NCBI RefSeq assembly: GCF_031769215.1
Contig: NW_026782277.1
Span: forward strand, 558,001-622,000
DNA: 64,000 nucleotides
Direction: 5' to 3'
Source of the DNA: Ylistrum balloti
Taxonomy: Eukaryota
Shown: positions 37,722-53,600 of the stretch, in pieces
How positions within the stretch are numbered: position 1 is the stretch's first letter
How the letters are laid out: each line of letters begins with the position of its first letter
Notes under the pieces: model-generated
What the model was told of the DNA's origin: nothing
What the model saw: only the letters and a program-made list of their open reading frames with translations
The model's database searches: none
Made by a program: the position numbers and the translations under genes

Positions 37722-40700
37722 ATGTAATTGATAGATCAAAACAATCCTTATGAATATAATATATACGGAACTGAACTGTATCTAATGCATAATTAGATGC
37801 CAAATGTCAAAAGTCATTTAAGTATACTAATCTACGGCTACTTTTTACATATGAGAGCTATGATAATTGTGAGGCATTAAGAGTTCATACCCTTTTGAAC
37901 TCTTAATTCTTTTGCAGTTTAGTTTTTTGTCCGGTATTTTGTTTGTTAACGTTTCAACTTTGGATCCAGAGTCCATTTCGTTTATTACATCAAAGATGAA
38001 AATAAAAAAATACCAACATGTCGACGTAATTATGATTCAAGGTCAAATTTGATAATACTGCGGCGAAAAATGAATAAAACAAACAGACACAGACACACTC
38101 CTGAAAAAGTACAAGGAAAATAAGACAAAGTGTTCCGGAAGAGTAAACGACAAGACACTGTAAAATTGCAAGGCGTCTGTATGATGCTGTCATAAATACA
38201 AACAACTTTCTAATTGCAATCAAATAGTTGTTGGTGGATATCAGGTTTTGATATTTATGAGTTATTAATTCTATATCAGCAATAAAATCAAAACTAACTG
38301 ATCTGAAGCAAATTTCGTGAGGTGGTAAAATTGAGAAAACAAGCTGCATCCCTTTCATAGCTATCTGTTGTCTTTGTTTGATGTATATAGATTTGCAATA
38401 TGACGGTAACATGCGACATTTGATCAACCTTTTTCCAATGGTTTTACAAAATATCCAATAATCTTTGTCGAATGGATGTTCTTGAATAGCACTTAGTATC
38501 ATTATGAACATACATGCAAGTCTCTCTTTAATAGAAAATAAAAACCCGTAGTTGATCGTAAAGCATAAATCAGTTCTAAAGACATTTCTGTGTGTTTGTG
38601 GGAGATAGGGTTGGGGATAGGGGAGAGGATTATCAGCTGTTTTGTTTATTTTATGTGTACTTGTAATCTACGAATTGTCCGCGAACTGTTATAATTGTAT
38701 GGTCATACTGATTGTGCTATATTTTAATCACGAAAGGAATTGATCATAGATTAGAGATCTATTGAAAATTCAACCACATATGAGGCCAACGAAACTATCT
38801 AATTTTACAGTAATCTGTAGTACAAACTAAAACATCTAATTTTACAGGAAATTTGTAGTACAAACGAAAATATCTAACTTTACAATTTTCAGGACAAACA
38901 AAAATTTCTTTATTTACAGTAATCTGTAGTACAAACTAAAACATCTAATTTTACAGGAAATGTTGTGCAACCATGTTCTGAACTGGGATGTTTCGTCTTT
39001 GTTTGGTTTCAGGTAGACATTAGACAAATGAAAATAGATCTGCTTTACTTGAATTCATATATGTCGCTTCGTTTCTGTTGACACTATCCTTCTATCCGTT
39101 TCGGTGGACACCAGCTATAATGCATGTATGACACTGGCTATTACGAGTTCTTACACACTCTAACAAACTATTACTTTCCATTTAGAGTAAGCAGTCCCTC
39201 TCCCTATAATATCATATTGATATTTCGTTGTAGTTGAAGGCGCGAGATGGATGAACGTTGATGAGGCAGTTAGCAGATCCATCAGACACCTGGAGTTGAT
39301 GAATGAGAAACGATCCATACTGGATACAACTCCAGGGGAAGTTATCAACATAGAACAGGAAACTGACCTCATAGAAAGTGACGCGGTCAACACCATAGAA
39401 GGGTCAAAGGTCATGCGATATTTTGAAACATTCCACGGGATTCCAGTTTACGATTCCATTGCTTCCATAGAGGTCGACAGTGAACACGGTACGTACACCG
39501 GACAAGCATCCGGGCAACTGCTTCAAGACATTCACAATGACGTCACATCCGTAATACCAACTCTGAAGAAAGCTGAGGCTCTGGTACTTGCAAAAATGTA
39601 CTTTGGTGGCGACAGCAACGAGTACAGTAACGAAAAAGTGGAACTAGTGATATATCCTGTAGGACATGTGGCAGCATTAGCTTACAAAATATCATTTATC
39701 GCATTCAGGAATGACAATATAGCTAGACGTCGTTTCTTTCTCAATGCAAATACTGGAAAACTCTTGAAAGAAGTGAATTTACTTCCGTCATTTCAGGCAA
39801 AAACTACAGGAGGTAATACCAAGATTGGTAAATTAGAATACGGTAAATCTATGCCCTTTCTGAAAGTAAGAAAAACAGGAACAAATTGTACGTTAGCCAA
39901 CGATAAAGTGAAAGTCTATGATCTTCACCATGGTAAAAGATTGAATAAGGGGGACCGTCCATTTTCCTTTGACTGTAATGAAGGAATTTCAGACGAGGGC
40001 AATGGGGCATTTTCTCCACTCAGCGATGCTTATTTCTACGCGAACAGAGTTTTCAAAATGTACGAGGAACTAGTGCATGCGCCTGCAATTAAAGAACAGC
40101 CAATTCAAATATGGGTTCACTACGGTGAAAATGCTATCGTAGCCCAGTTTTCTGGTCCAATGCTCCTGTTTGGGGATGGCCGGAAGGATATTTTCTACCC
40201 GATGGTTTCTGCAGACGTCCTAGGTCACGAAATGACACATGGATTCGTAGAAGAACATTCAGATCTTGAGTACAGTGGTCAGTCTGGAGCAGTAGATGAG
40301 TCGTTTGCGGACGTTGCCGGAGAGGCGGCCGAAGAATTTATCTTTGGAAGTCACGACTTCAAATCTGGTGAAGACATCTCCATGGGTTACACAGTTCGGG
40401 ATATGTGTAATCCAGAAACAGACAGTAGGTCCATTGACCATGTTAATGACTTCAATGACGATTTAGATGTCCACTACACTAGTGGTATTTTCAACAAAGC
40501 GGCGTGCTTGCTGGTAACATCGGACGAATTCGATATATTTAAAGTGTTTCAGATCTTTGCGCATGCCAATCGTTTTTATTGGCATCCAACATCGAATTTC
40601 AGCGGGGCCGCTTGTGGTATTGCAAAAGCCGCTTATGACCTAGGACATAATACCGACGAGATAGCAGCTGCGTTTGAAAACGTTGGTGTTGAAATCTGCT

Positions 40701-41032
40701 CAATGGAGAAATATACAAGAACAATTCACACAGATATCACTATAAAAAGTCTCCAGGCAAAGGGTGACGAAAAAATAGTATTTAAATTCAATATCAGGTC
40801 CGGAAAAAGCTTCTTGATCTATACTATGAATGGGGATGGAGATATCGATGTAACTATAGATTCGAAACGCAAATTAAGAGGTGCAGCCCCGCTGTATTCA
40901 TCGGATTCAAAGGGAAACCTAGAAATGATCAACGTTGATTTAAAACTGATTCGAAAAGGCTACATCACTTTAAAACCAAAGAAGAAAGGAATGTTTTCAG
41001 GCGTGAAATTTGACTTACGTATCCAACACTGA
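36764..41032 (+). CDS. Secreted M4-family (thermolysin/vibriolysin/pseudolysin-like) zinc metalloprotease, 617 aa, two coding exons
   Basis: join(36764..36818,39234..41032) = 1854 nt. Exon 1 is MGLSAYCVVTSLTVFVLR+G with a GTAAGT donor. Its phase 1 matches the acceptor tttcgttgtag at 39233, giving ...LR-VEG-ARWMN. Motifs: FTP-like RYFETFHGIPV, PepSY-like ELVIYP..ALAYKISF, mature start TTGGNTKIGKLEYG, HEMTH (40226-40240), QSGAVDESFAD (third Zn ligand), DVHYTSG (catalytic His) and a C-terminal PPC-like GDGDID segment. Confidence 0.9.
37300..37412 (-). repeat. Dispersed SINE-like repeat copy in the M4 gene intron
   Basis: The reverse complement reads GGTGTTCTGGAAGAGTAGCGTCTTCTGCTTCATGGACGACACCCGCCATGT, the family core. 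Confidence 0.6.
38797..38960. repeat. 37-38 bp minisatellite (ATCTAATTTTACAGTAATCTGTAGTACAAACTAAAAC), ~4.5 units, in the M4 intron
   Basis: Unit starts at 38797, 38834, 38872, ~38906 and 38943. Confidence 0.8.
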
Positions 41033-41269
41033 AAAATACTGTACATATAATTGCTATTGGTTAACTTTTATATTTTGAAGATCTCTCCGGGAAATACAAT
41101 TGCTATTTACCTAATATGCTACGTCCTGTTTTAAGTACCTTGTACCAATGTGTTTGTGTGTGTGTATGTTTTTTTTTTTTTTTTTTTTTGAGTGATTTGT
41201 ATTTTCGCTATATTCGCGAATATTAGAATAATATTTTTACGTATATTAATAGCTTCATATTTTTGCACT

Positions 41270-41412
41270 TCTGACAGTTGAATGCGAACGACCCTGAAAA
41301 GGTATAGGATCACCTGCCCGACCCTTTGATTTTCCCCGGGTACTACGGTCTTCACCCACAGAAAGACCCCACGAGCGTTTCAATCCGTGCCAACAATAGT
41401 GCTTTATATAAG
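41270..41412 (+). mobile_element. Degenerate SINE fragment (V/Meta-type core resemblance)
   Basis: TTTCCCCGGGTACTACGGTCTTCACCCACA resembles the conserved GGGTACTCCGGTTTCCTCCCACA core of metazoan SINE superfamilies. This is recalled similarity, not a search result. Confidence 0.35.
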
Positions 41413-43750
41413 TAGAAAAAATGGTCTCGCAATTAATGTAAAATAGCGAAAGTTTACTCTTTAAATAGATTAATACATATGTGAAAAAAGGAACCAAACA
41501 GAAATCACACAGTTTGCGGGATCGGCACATTCATCAACTAATACAATCAGATATACCTTCACTTGGCGGATATTAGTAATTGAAGACTTAACCCTCAAGT
41601 ACGTTTCACATCTATAGCCTTATAAGCGATAAACATTTCGAAGCGGCCAATGTAGTAATTTTATGTTCATTTTTTAATATTATTGACAACTTATATTCAA
41701 CACAGACATAATGCAGGGGAGATAAATCTCGTCTGAAATCCTACATCGTAATATCAACGAAGGGTTTTATCGGAGATAAATAATACCACATACGATTAGT
41801 GTTTATATTGTCGACAGTCCGCTAGCCATTTGTGTTTTCATACAATGATGCACTTTTGTAATGTTCGCATTTCAATAACTAAATCATGTTTACAGTGACT
41901 TGTGAACTCTAAATAATACTGTTTTTAAAATATTGTTTGTGTATGGTAATTTGTAGTGATACAAATATCAATCGGCGACAAGACCTCTTTTTTCGAAGTG
42001 TATCAATATATCTCTGATGTCATGATTTCAAAGGATTTGCCTTTCATGTCAGTTTCCCCGGAAATAAACTAGTTTTAAACATATAACGAATACTTAACAC
42101 AATCAACTCATCGAATTTCAACTTAATTACTTAAGCCAACTCAACCCAAAAAGTAACTACCGAATTCTTTCACATTTACTTAGCTCCCTGATTTTCTTAT
42201 ATCTTTCGCACAGACGACGTCCTTTGCATCTGACATTTCTCCTAATTCTATATCTCTTCACTGTCCCTTTAAGCTGCCTTTATAATTATGTTATTGTATA
42301 ATACATTTATTAATATTTCTGTCTGTGGAAGTTACAAAATATATGTCACCATGCGTAGATTAATGATATATTTAATAAGAAACAGAATAATATAATGATA
42401 TATGTCTGTAGCCCTGAGCTGTTTCCAGGTCCAGTTCCATTCTATTCATCTGGACAGGCGTGTTCCTTATAGACAATGGAATAAAGTTTATATCAAATAC
42501 ACGCTCGAACTAATGATGTAAAAGAAAAATGGATGCAGTAATAATATTGCTCAGAATAAAATCTATGTCGAAAAATCTTTTTCCCGGGTGCGTGTGTCTT
42601 TATATGACACGTGATGGAAAATTGAATAAAGTTTGTATTATATAAACGGCCGTACTCTTATAATGTAAAAAGACATAAAGTGGAAGCAGCAATGACCCAG
42701 AAAAAATCTATGTCAGCAAAACGTTTACCGTGCCCATGTTTGCCACGTGATAGAAAATGCATTTAATATAAAGATAAAAAGTGAAAGCAGTTTTTAAATC
42801 CACCGGATATTATGAAAAAATGTGTTTATTACGTGAAAACGTGAATAAACCAGGCTGACAGGGATATGATTTGTAACTCTCGTTCACGTGGAGACAACGA
42901 CTTTTAATTTCATACGTATAGCCTTGTGTGTATGAGACAGTTTTTATTTAAATTTAACTGTAAACCAAGCATAAGTTACATTGTTTTGAAATCAAACAGA
43001 GGATATCGTAAATCTGATATTAACTTGGCATCTATTGCAAGGCGCTATGCATTTACATTACATTGCTATTCATAAAAAAACAACATGACGAAAGAGAATG
43101 ACGATTAATTGTTAATCGTTGTACAATGCAGCGATAATGGGACCAGGTGTTCAAGAATAGTTAGAGTCTTCTTTTTCATCGACGACACATGACATGTAAA
43201 TCATGATTAGTCCAAGTCATCAAATTTGCGTTCGTCGCAAATGAGAACAAGGCATAAGTATCAATTCACTGAATGTATTGTGGAAAGACAATTTGTTAAA
43301 ATCTCCAGGATCTCAGGATTGAAAGAGATGTGTCCGCAACAAAACGTCAGGATTTCTGAATAGCCCGGTGTATCCATTTCGGAATCACTCTCAAAAGGAG
43401 ACATGCGAGGTGACACATTTTTCCTCGTTCAATTACCAAGGGCGTTTTTTAAACCAAGTCTGAAAGAAAGGTCTCCACATCAGCATGTTGGTGCTCGTAC
43501 TGATCGTTCTCTCAGAGCTGTATTTTAAACCTTTAGGTATTGACAGTGAACAAGTTGAACGTCTATCGTCAAATGCTTGATTTATCTCAATGCAGGTGTA
43601 GTTGAATCGCTAATAAACAGTCTTCTAAATAACAACAACAAAAATACAACTGTTTTTCTTAATAACTTTAGCTATTTTGTTGTTTGTCTTTTTATGATTC
43701 AATTGAGCGTTGATTTTATTATCTTAAAAAAAAGATTATTAGGTTAAAAC

Positions 43751-43860
43751 TCACGTGGTAGATATTTTAATATCACGTGACTCACACACCCTGTTATCGA
43801 CTATAAAGATAGTTGGAAGTCTAAGGCCCGGTATCGCAGGCAGGATCTCCATTGGACAAG
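43751..43860 (+). promoter_or_regulatory. Core promoter and non-coding exon 1 of copy D
   Basis: CACGTG at 43752-43757 and 43774-43779 (ATCACGTGAC), TATAAA at 43802-43807, donor AAG|GTAAGA at 43860/43861. Confidence 0.7.
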
Positions 43861-45188
43861 GTAAGAGACCTGAACACTTTACACATAACAACTTTGTATA
43901 GTAGTAGTATTAGAGCATTATTTAACAAAATCATCAAATCATAAAGAATAATTTAAGAGCATCTTTCCAAAAAAATAAATAAACTTAAAGGTGTTAGCCA
44001 TTTCAAGTTTTATCATATCTACAATGATATTCATCAGAGAAAAAATGTATTTCATTCTATCTAAGCTTAGACCAAAAACAGTTGTTTGTTGAAAGGGATA
44101 ATTATGGAAGAAACCACTTCAGGGATTTTATTAGATGGAACAATAAACGTATTTCAACATCTATTAAATTTAATGATGAATTTCATACCACACAAGAAAG
44201 CAATTCAAGTGAGTTACTTTTTTTCATGGTAAAATTTCATCTATCAGTAGACAGTAAAACGGAATGTATTCCTTAGCTCTTTAATATGAACTAAATATTA
44301 CTAAACCTCTGTGCCAGAGATTATTTATCAGTTTTAAATTTCAAAAACATCTAAGAAAATAAAATGCATTCAGATTTTACAAAATATCATAGAAGAGATT
44401 TTATGTGTTTAAACAAAGTAAGCGGATATAATATTAAATAGCAATTAGTGTTTACTTTGCTAATATCACGTTTATCCTCAAAAAACACAGAATAAACAAA
44501 AACAACAACAAGACCTGTTTCGTCGTAGTTGCTAATGTAACCGCAAATCTAATACGATCTCTGGATGTGTACCAAGTTGACAACGGAGACATTTCAAAAG
44601 TTAGGTTTGACCCAGTTCACAATACCAAACATGTTGTGCAAACCCCGCAAATGATAACAGGAGATAGGTCAAACAAGTTCAATAGCATTTCTCTCGTGAC
44701 CTCTTTATCTGTGACGAGAAGATAACGTTTGACAAAGTATCTTGACCTTGTTTCAGTAATATTCCATAGGTTAAACAGCATATTTTCCCCTGGGGGATTA
44801 ACTAGAACATGGCAACGGTCTGAAAATTAATTGATCTTATAGTTGCAACTCCTTCCGTCTTTGAAAAAAGGCGTTGTCATAAGCTTTCTTTTTATGTTTT
44901 TGTCATTATACATCAGCGATATTTTAAGATAATAAATGTGGACATCAGTTGGAAGAATTGGAAGAGATAGCATTTTAATACAAATTGCTGTGACCATCGT
45001 GATTATCATACATAGACAGAGAAAAAATACAATTGAAAAAAAAAAAATATGTTCTTCTTCTTCTTTATATATAGATATATAAGGATGTATTTTTTGGTGT
45101 ATACTTAATGTTTTTAACCACTGTGAATCTCTTCATAAACATTTGATTTGGTTTTGTATTAAGCTATTTAATTTCGTTCCCCGAACAG

Positions 45189-49445
<4,257 letters not shown>

Positions 49446-50064
49446 AGTGTGAAACAGATGATGACAGAACAAAATTGAATGTAATTGTGACAAATATTAA
49501 GATTTTTTTATACAAAATAATAAATAATGTTATACTTAATCTGTGTTGTGTTCTATCTTCCTGTAGTGTCTTTTTATTGTGCATAAGACATACAGCTCTA
49601 TAACAACCCTTAATTAACAATAATTATCTTCATTAACATGTGTGTTAGACTTCGTAGATTAACAAAATAAACCAAATTGCATCATATAACGATTATATCT
49701 TTTAGCTTCCCGATGTTCATTTAAATAGGTAAGTTATTAACATTGAACTTATAAGGGGAGCATTTTTATCTGTTCTGGGTAGGTAACCCAGTGCTTCAGT
49801 TGTGGGTCAGTTTTCACTTTTTATGTATCGGTATACATGTATATAAAGATGTCCATATATTTAATTAGGCTACATGTAACGTAATGGAGCATTTTTCTTT
49901 AAAACAAGTGGCCCATCTGATTTGCATGGCTTCTCTCGTTACGTAAAGCTTTGTCCCTCTATCTTATCCTACTATTATTATTGCATTCTTAACACATAAA
50001 AGTTCATTAGAAACATCAATAGGTAAAACACTCAGCGATCCAAAAGAAAATAACATTAAACAAA

Positions 50065-50353
50065 CCAAAAAGTAAACGACAAATGCTAAATCTTTTAATG
50101 GGTATAATAACACAAAGATAAAAATGGTACGTCATAGTCTATTATATAGACCAACATCTTTCAGGTAATGTAGAATTTTACAAATCTCAACAGCTTCAAA
50201 AAGGGATTTTAGACATGTAATGTTACGATAAAAACATTCTAGAGTAAACAGCAGGTCAACGCAGTCCAACAAAAAATGTTTAACGGTGAATGGCTCATAA
50301 CATCCTATGCACCGAGGTTTATCTTCGTCTTTCAATATATGCGAATGCGTAAC
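50065..50353 (-). mobile_element. Short 3' fragment of an I-group-like LINE (same family as 61031-61755)
   Basis: Encodes PRCIGCYEPFTVKHFLLDC (CCHC-type knuckle). The nucleotide sequence aligns by eye with 61120-61390. Confidence 0.75.
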
Positions 50354-50683
50354 TTATACGATATAAAAGTTTGGTTCAATCGGAGTTTAGATAAAAGTCA
50401 TTGGCAGAAAGAAAATATTTTTTAAAATTACTATTTCTCCCCTTTTAGGCCCCATTTATGAGGCTCTATAGCCTTCATTTATACACAATTGGTTCCCTTT
50501 TCCCCAATGATATCACAGTTTCTTCGGACCAGATGTAGTAGAGTGTTGGATACTGACACAATTGTCACATATGTACAGCAAACTGTATGTGAAAAAAATA
50601 AGATGACTACTAATTAGGTTAAACGATTTATTTGAACAAATTTCATTATGTTTAATTTTACACTACAAAAATGGGTTTGTCCT

Positions 50684-53600
50684 TCATTCATATACAAAAC
50701 TGAGATCGAATGGCATGCCAGCCATCTTCTCCAAATAAGCTTCATCAAACAACTCATTTTGTTTTACTGTCAGTTTTTGTTTCCAATCACCGATAACCCC
50801 TGTAATTAAAAAAGACAAGTAACTTCTAAATCAGGTAAAGCTATGAACAGTAACAATGGAACAAAAAGGAACAGTTTAATATACATTAGCTTATCTTGGT
50901 CGGGGGAATATACCTGCATCACAGAACATTAGGACAAAATGTTATATAAATATATTAAACCTTTATATCTATTCAACATTGACAGGAAATATATTCCCTA
51001 TACACCCTTGTACATCATAGAAACAAACTGAATTTATAGATAATAATACGAGGTTTTATAACGTGTTACAATATCCTATATCAGGAATCGTTAACTATAC
51101 TGATATTTAATATCAAATGAAAGAAGACTGCCAAAAGTACATGAAAAACCTGTAGGTGATCAACGAATTTCAAATAGAAGTCAATTTTGTAGGAAATTAA
51201 GTAAATTCGAGTAACTATAAAGCATGGCTTTAATTGGCCAAACTACGAACATTACATATCACTGCTTTTACTTCTAGATTAATCAATTCATATCGTTTTT
51301 AACCAAAATATAGAGTACACCCAGATCATTTTATAATACATTCGCCACGTTTCTTACACATACTAATTTGATATCTAATAGTCAACATTAAAACATAACA
51401 GTTCGCCAAATATCTAATAATTTAAAAATTAATATATTTTCCACCTCTTAAGCTCCCTGTTGTTATGTAAATGTGTGAGGATTATGGGTGTAAATAAAAT
51501 TAAAAAGAATTAATCCTGCTTCAATAAGGATATCAATAACTTTATGTGGATGTGTATGTATATACGCGTGTGTGAGAGAGGTGTATGTGTATGTGTGAAT
51601 CATGGTGAGAATGCAGTATATAGCATTGTATATGTTCTTATTACATGTATTTATATGTTCAAAATAATTCCAAAATGAACAAAGAATTAAACGAGACATT
51701 TAGCTAAACATATTATACCTGATTTCAAAGGAGCTAATATAGCAAGAGACAAAACATGTTCATATTAATAACCTTTTCGATAAATTGGCAATCTTCCATC
51801 GGTGACCCATGTCAAATATTTTGATGTTTTCCCTTTTTGTGTATTGTGTTCCTTCCTCATATTCTCAAATGTTAGGGTCTGCTCCACTTTCCTCAAGAAG
51901 TTTTCATCGTAGTCTGCTTCCAGGAACTTTGCCAATTTCAAAATACTTGAAAACGGATTCTAAAATGAAAGAAAAAGAATTAATAAATATATTTTAAAAA
52001 ATGACACTCATGTTTATTATAAAACGTAATATATTCATATTTACGCCATTGTCGGAACACACTTGCCACATATATCCAGCAGTGAGAGAAAACAGCTGTA
52101 TTTCAACACGTAGTTCGACAGAATTACTTTCTGAATATACTTGAATATTTTATTTAACATTATTACAGCTGTTGACAAAACTGATTTTATATGTTGTAAT
52201 GAAAGAATTTATTTAATAAAATTCTTTAAATCGCTGTCATATCCATTAAAGTTCAGAGCTATAATTCAGCGTACCATCAATGTCAAGTAAACGAAGATTG
52301 AATCACAAAACTGTTGAAGTTTTGATAACATGATTTTCATTCAACATTACAGAAAAAAAAGTCGGGAGCGGAATACAACATGGGTTCACCAGAGACTCGC
52401 CACTTTTGTCTTTGTTCACTGTCACCAAAATACAGCTCATAGTTTAGGATACTGACCATGTAATCTTTATGTACTGCACGTGTGTATAGCCCTGATAAGA
52501 ACAATATGTGTTGAAACTTTAAGATAGTAACAAACACATCCACCTTTAATGAATCTCAAATAAAAGGGAGGTATGAACAAACGAAAATTGGTACGGAGGC
52601 CTTTAGAGAAGTACAAATAGAACAATATTAGATGTTCCGGAAGAGTAAGCGTCTTCTACTAACAAGCATCAAACACGCCAACTTCATCTCGCTCATGGAA
52701 ACAGAATATTTCCTAATCACATAATAATGACCATCAAACCTCCCCTATAATCTTGATCAACTTGTATTACTCGAACCCCCGTGCTGTATGTTTGCTTTCG
52801 CCGACTTATTTCAAGTTCATTTCGCAAAGAATATTTCATGTTGTATACTACAGATCAAAACATTACGTATTGTATTCTTTCATTTTTACCAGTTGTTCTC
52901 TATTTACCTGACGTAATTTTCGTAATAACTGAGTGTTTAGATGCTTTCATTTCTTTATCAGAAATGATTAAGTTTAGATTTTAGTTTAGATTAAATAATT
53001 TTATTTATTGTTGTACGTCGGAACGATTTGCTTTAACAAATTCCAAGTTATGTTAACATAGCTGCTAAGTGAAACTATAAATGAATAATATTGCTTATTT
53101 AGCAAAGTGTCCTGAAATAGACAGTATTTGAATCGAGTTATCGCCCTTAGTCCACATACACCTTGGTAACAAGATTTAAAAGACTTACATTATAAGTTCA
53201 GTAATTCATATTTTTTATTTAATAATTGGTATTCAAATGTTATCTACCCTTTAAGGTTATATAAAAACGACGTCCTTGAACGCAATGGTTAGTGACTACA
53301 TGAAAGGAGCATACAAGAAAAAACGCCATGTCAACATAATCAAAATCCAAACTCGAGTTCAATAAAACTAGGAACAATGGAACTCTTTACATTGTGACTG
53401 TCTGCCTTTAATGTTGAATTAATGTGTGACTAGGGATGCGACTAGATATTATTTCAAAGATATATTTTTTGTCCAGTACTATACATACATGATTTTGTTT
53501 TCCAGTGGTTTTAGAATTATCTGTCTACAATACTTAGGAGTGACTGTATATCACACACTACGTCGCAAATCCATGCATCGATAACTACGTGAAAATGTGC

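Noticed and set aside
37990-38511. 173-aa minus-strand ORF inside the M4 intron
   Set aside because: It has no recognisable domain, is compositionally AT-biased and overlaps a dispersed repeat copy.
39251-41032. M4 ORF as bacterial contamination or an assembly chimera
   Set aside because: The flanks are AT-rich eukaryotic DNA with the same repeat families as the rest of the window. There are no bacterial neighbour genes or operon, and a phase-compatible spliceosomal intron supplies the missing signal peptide. Read-level confirmation is still advisable.
43280-43560. Relatively GC-rich stretch upstream of copy D as a hidden exon
   Set aside because: All frames examined contain stops, no family was recognised and there are no convincing paired splice sites.
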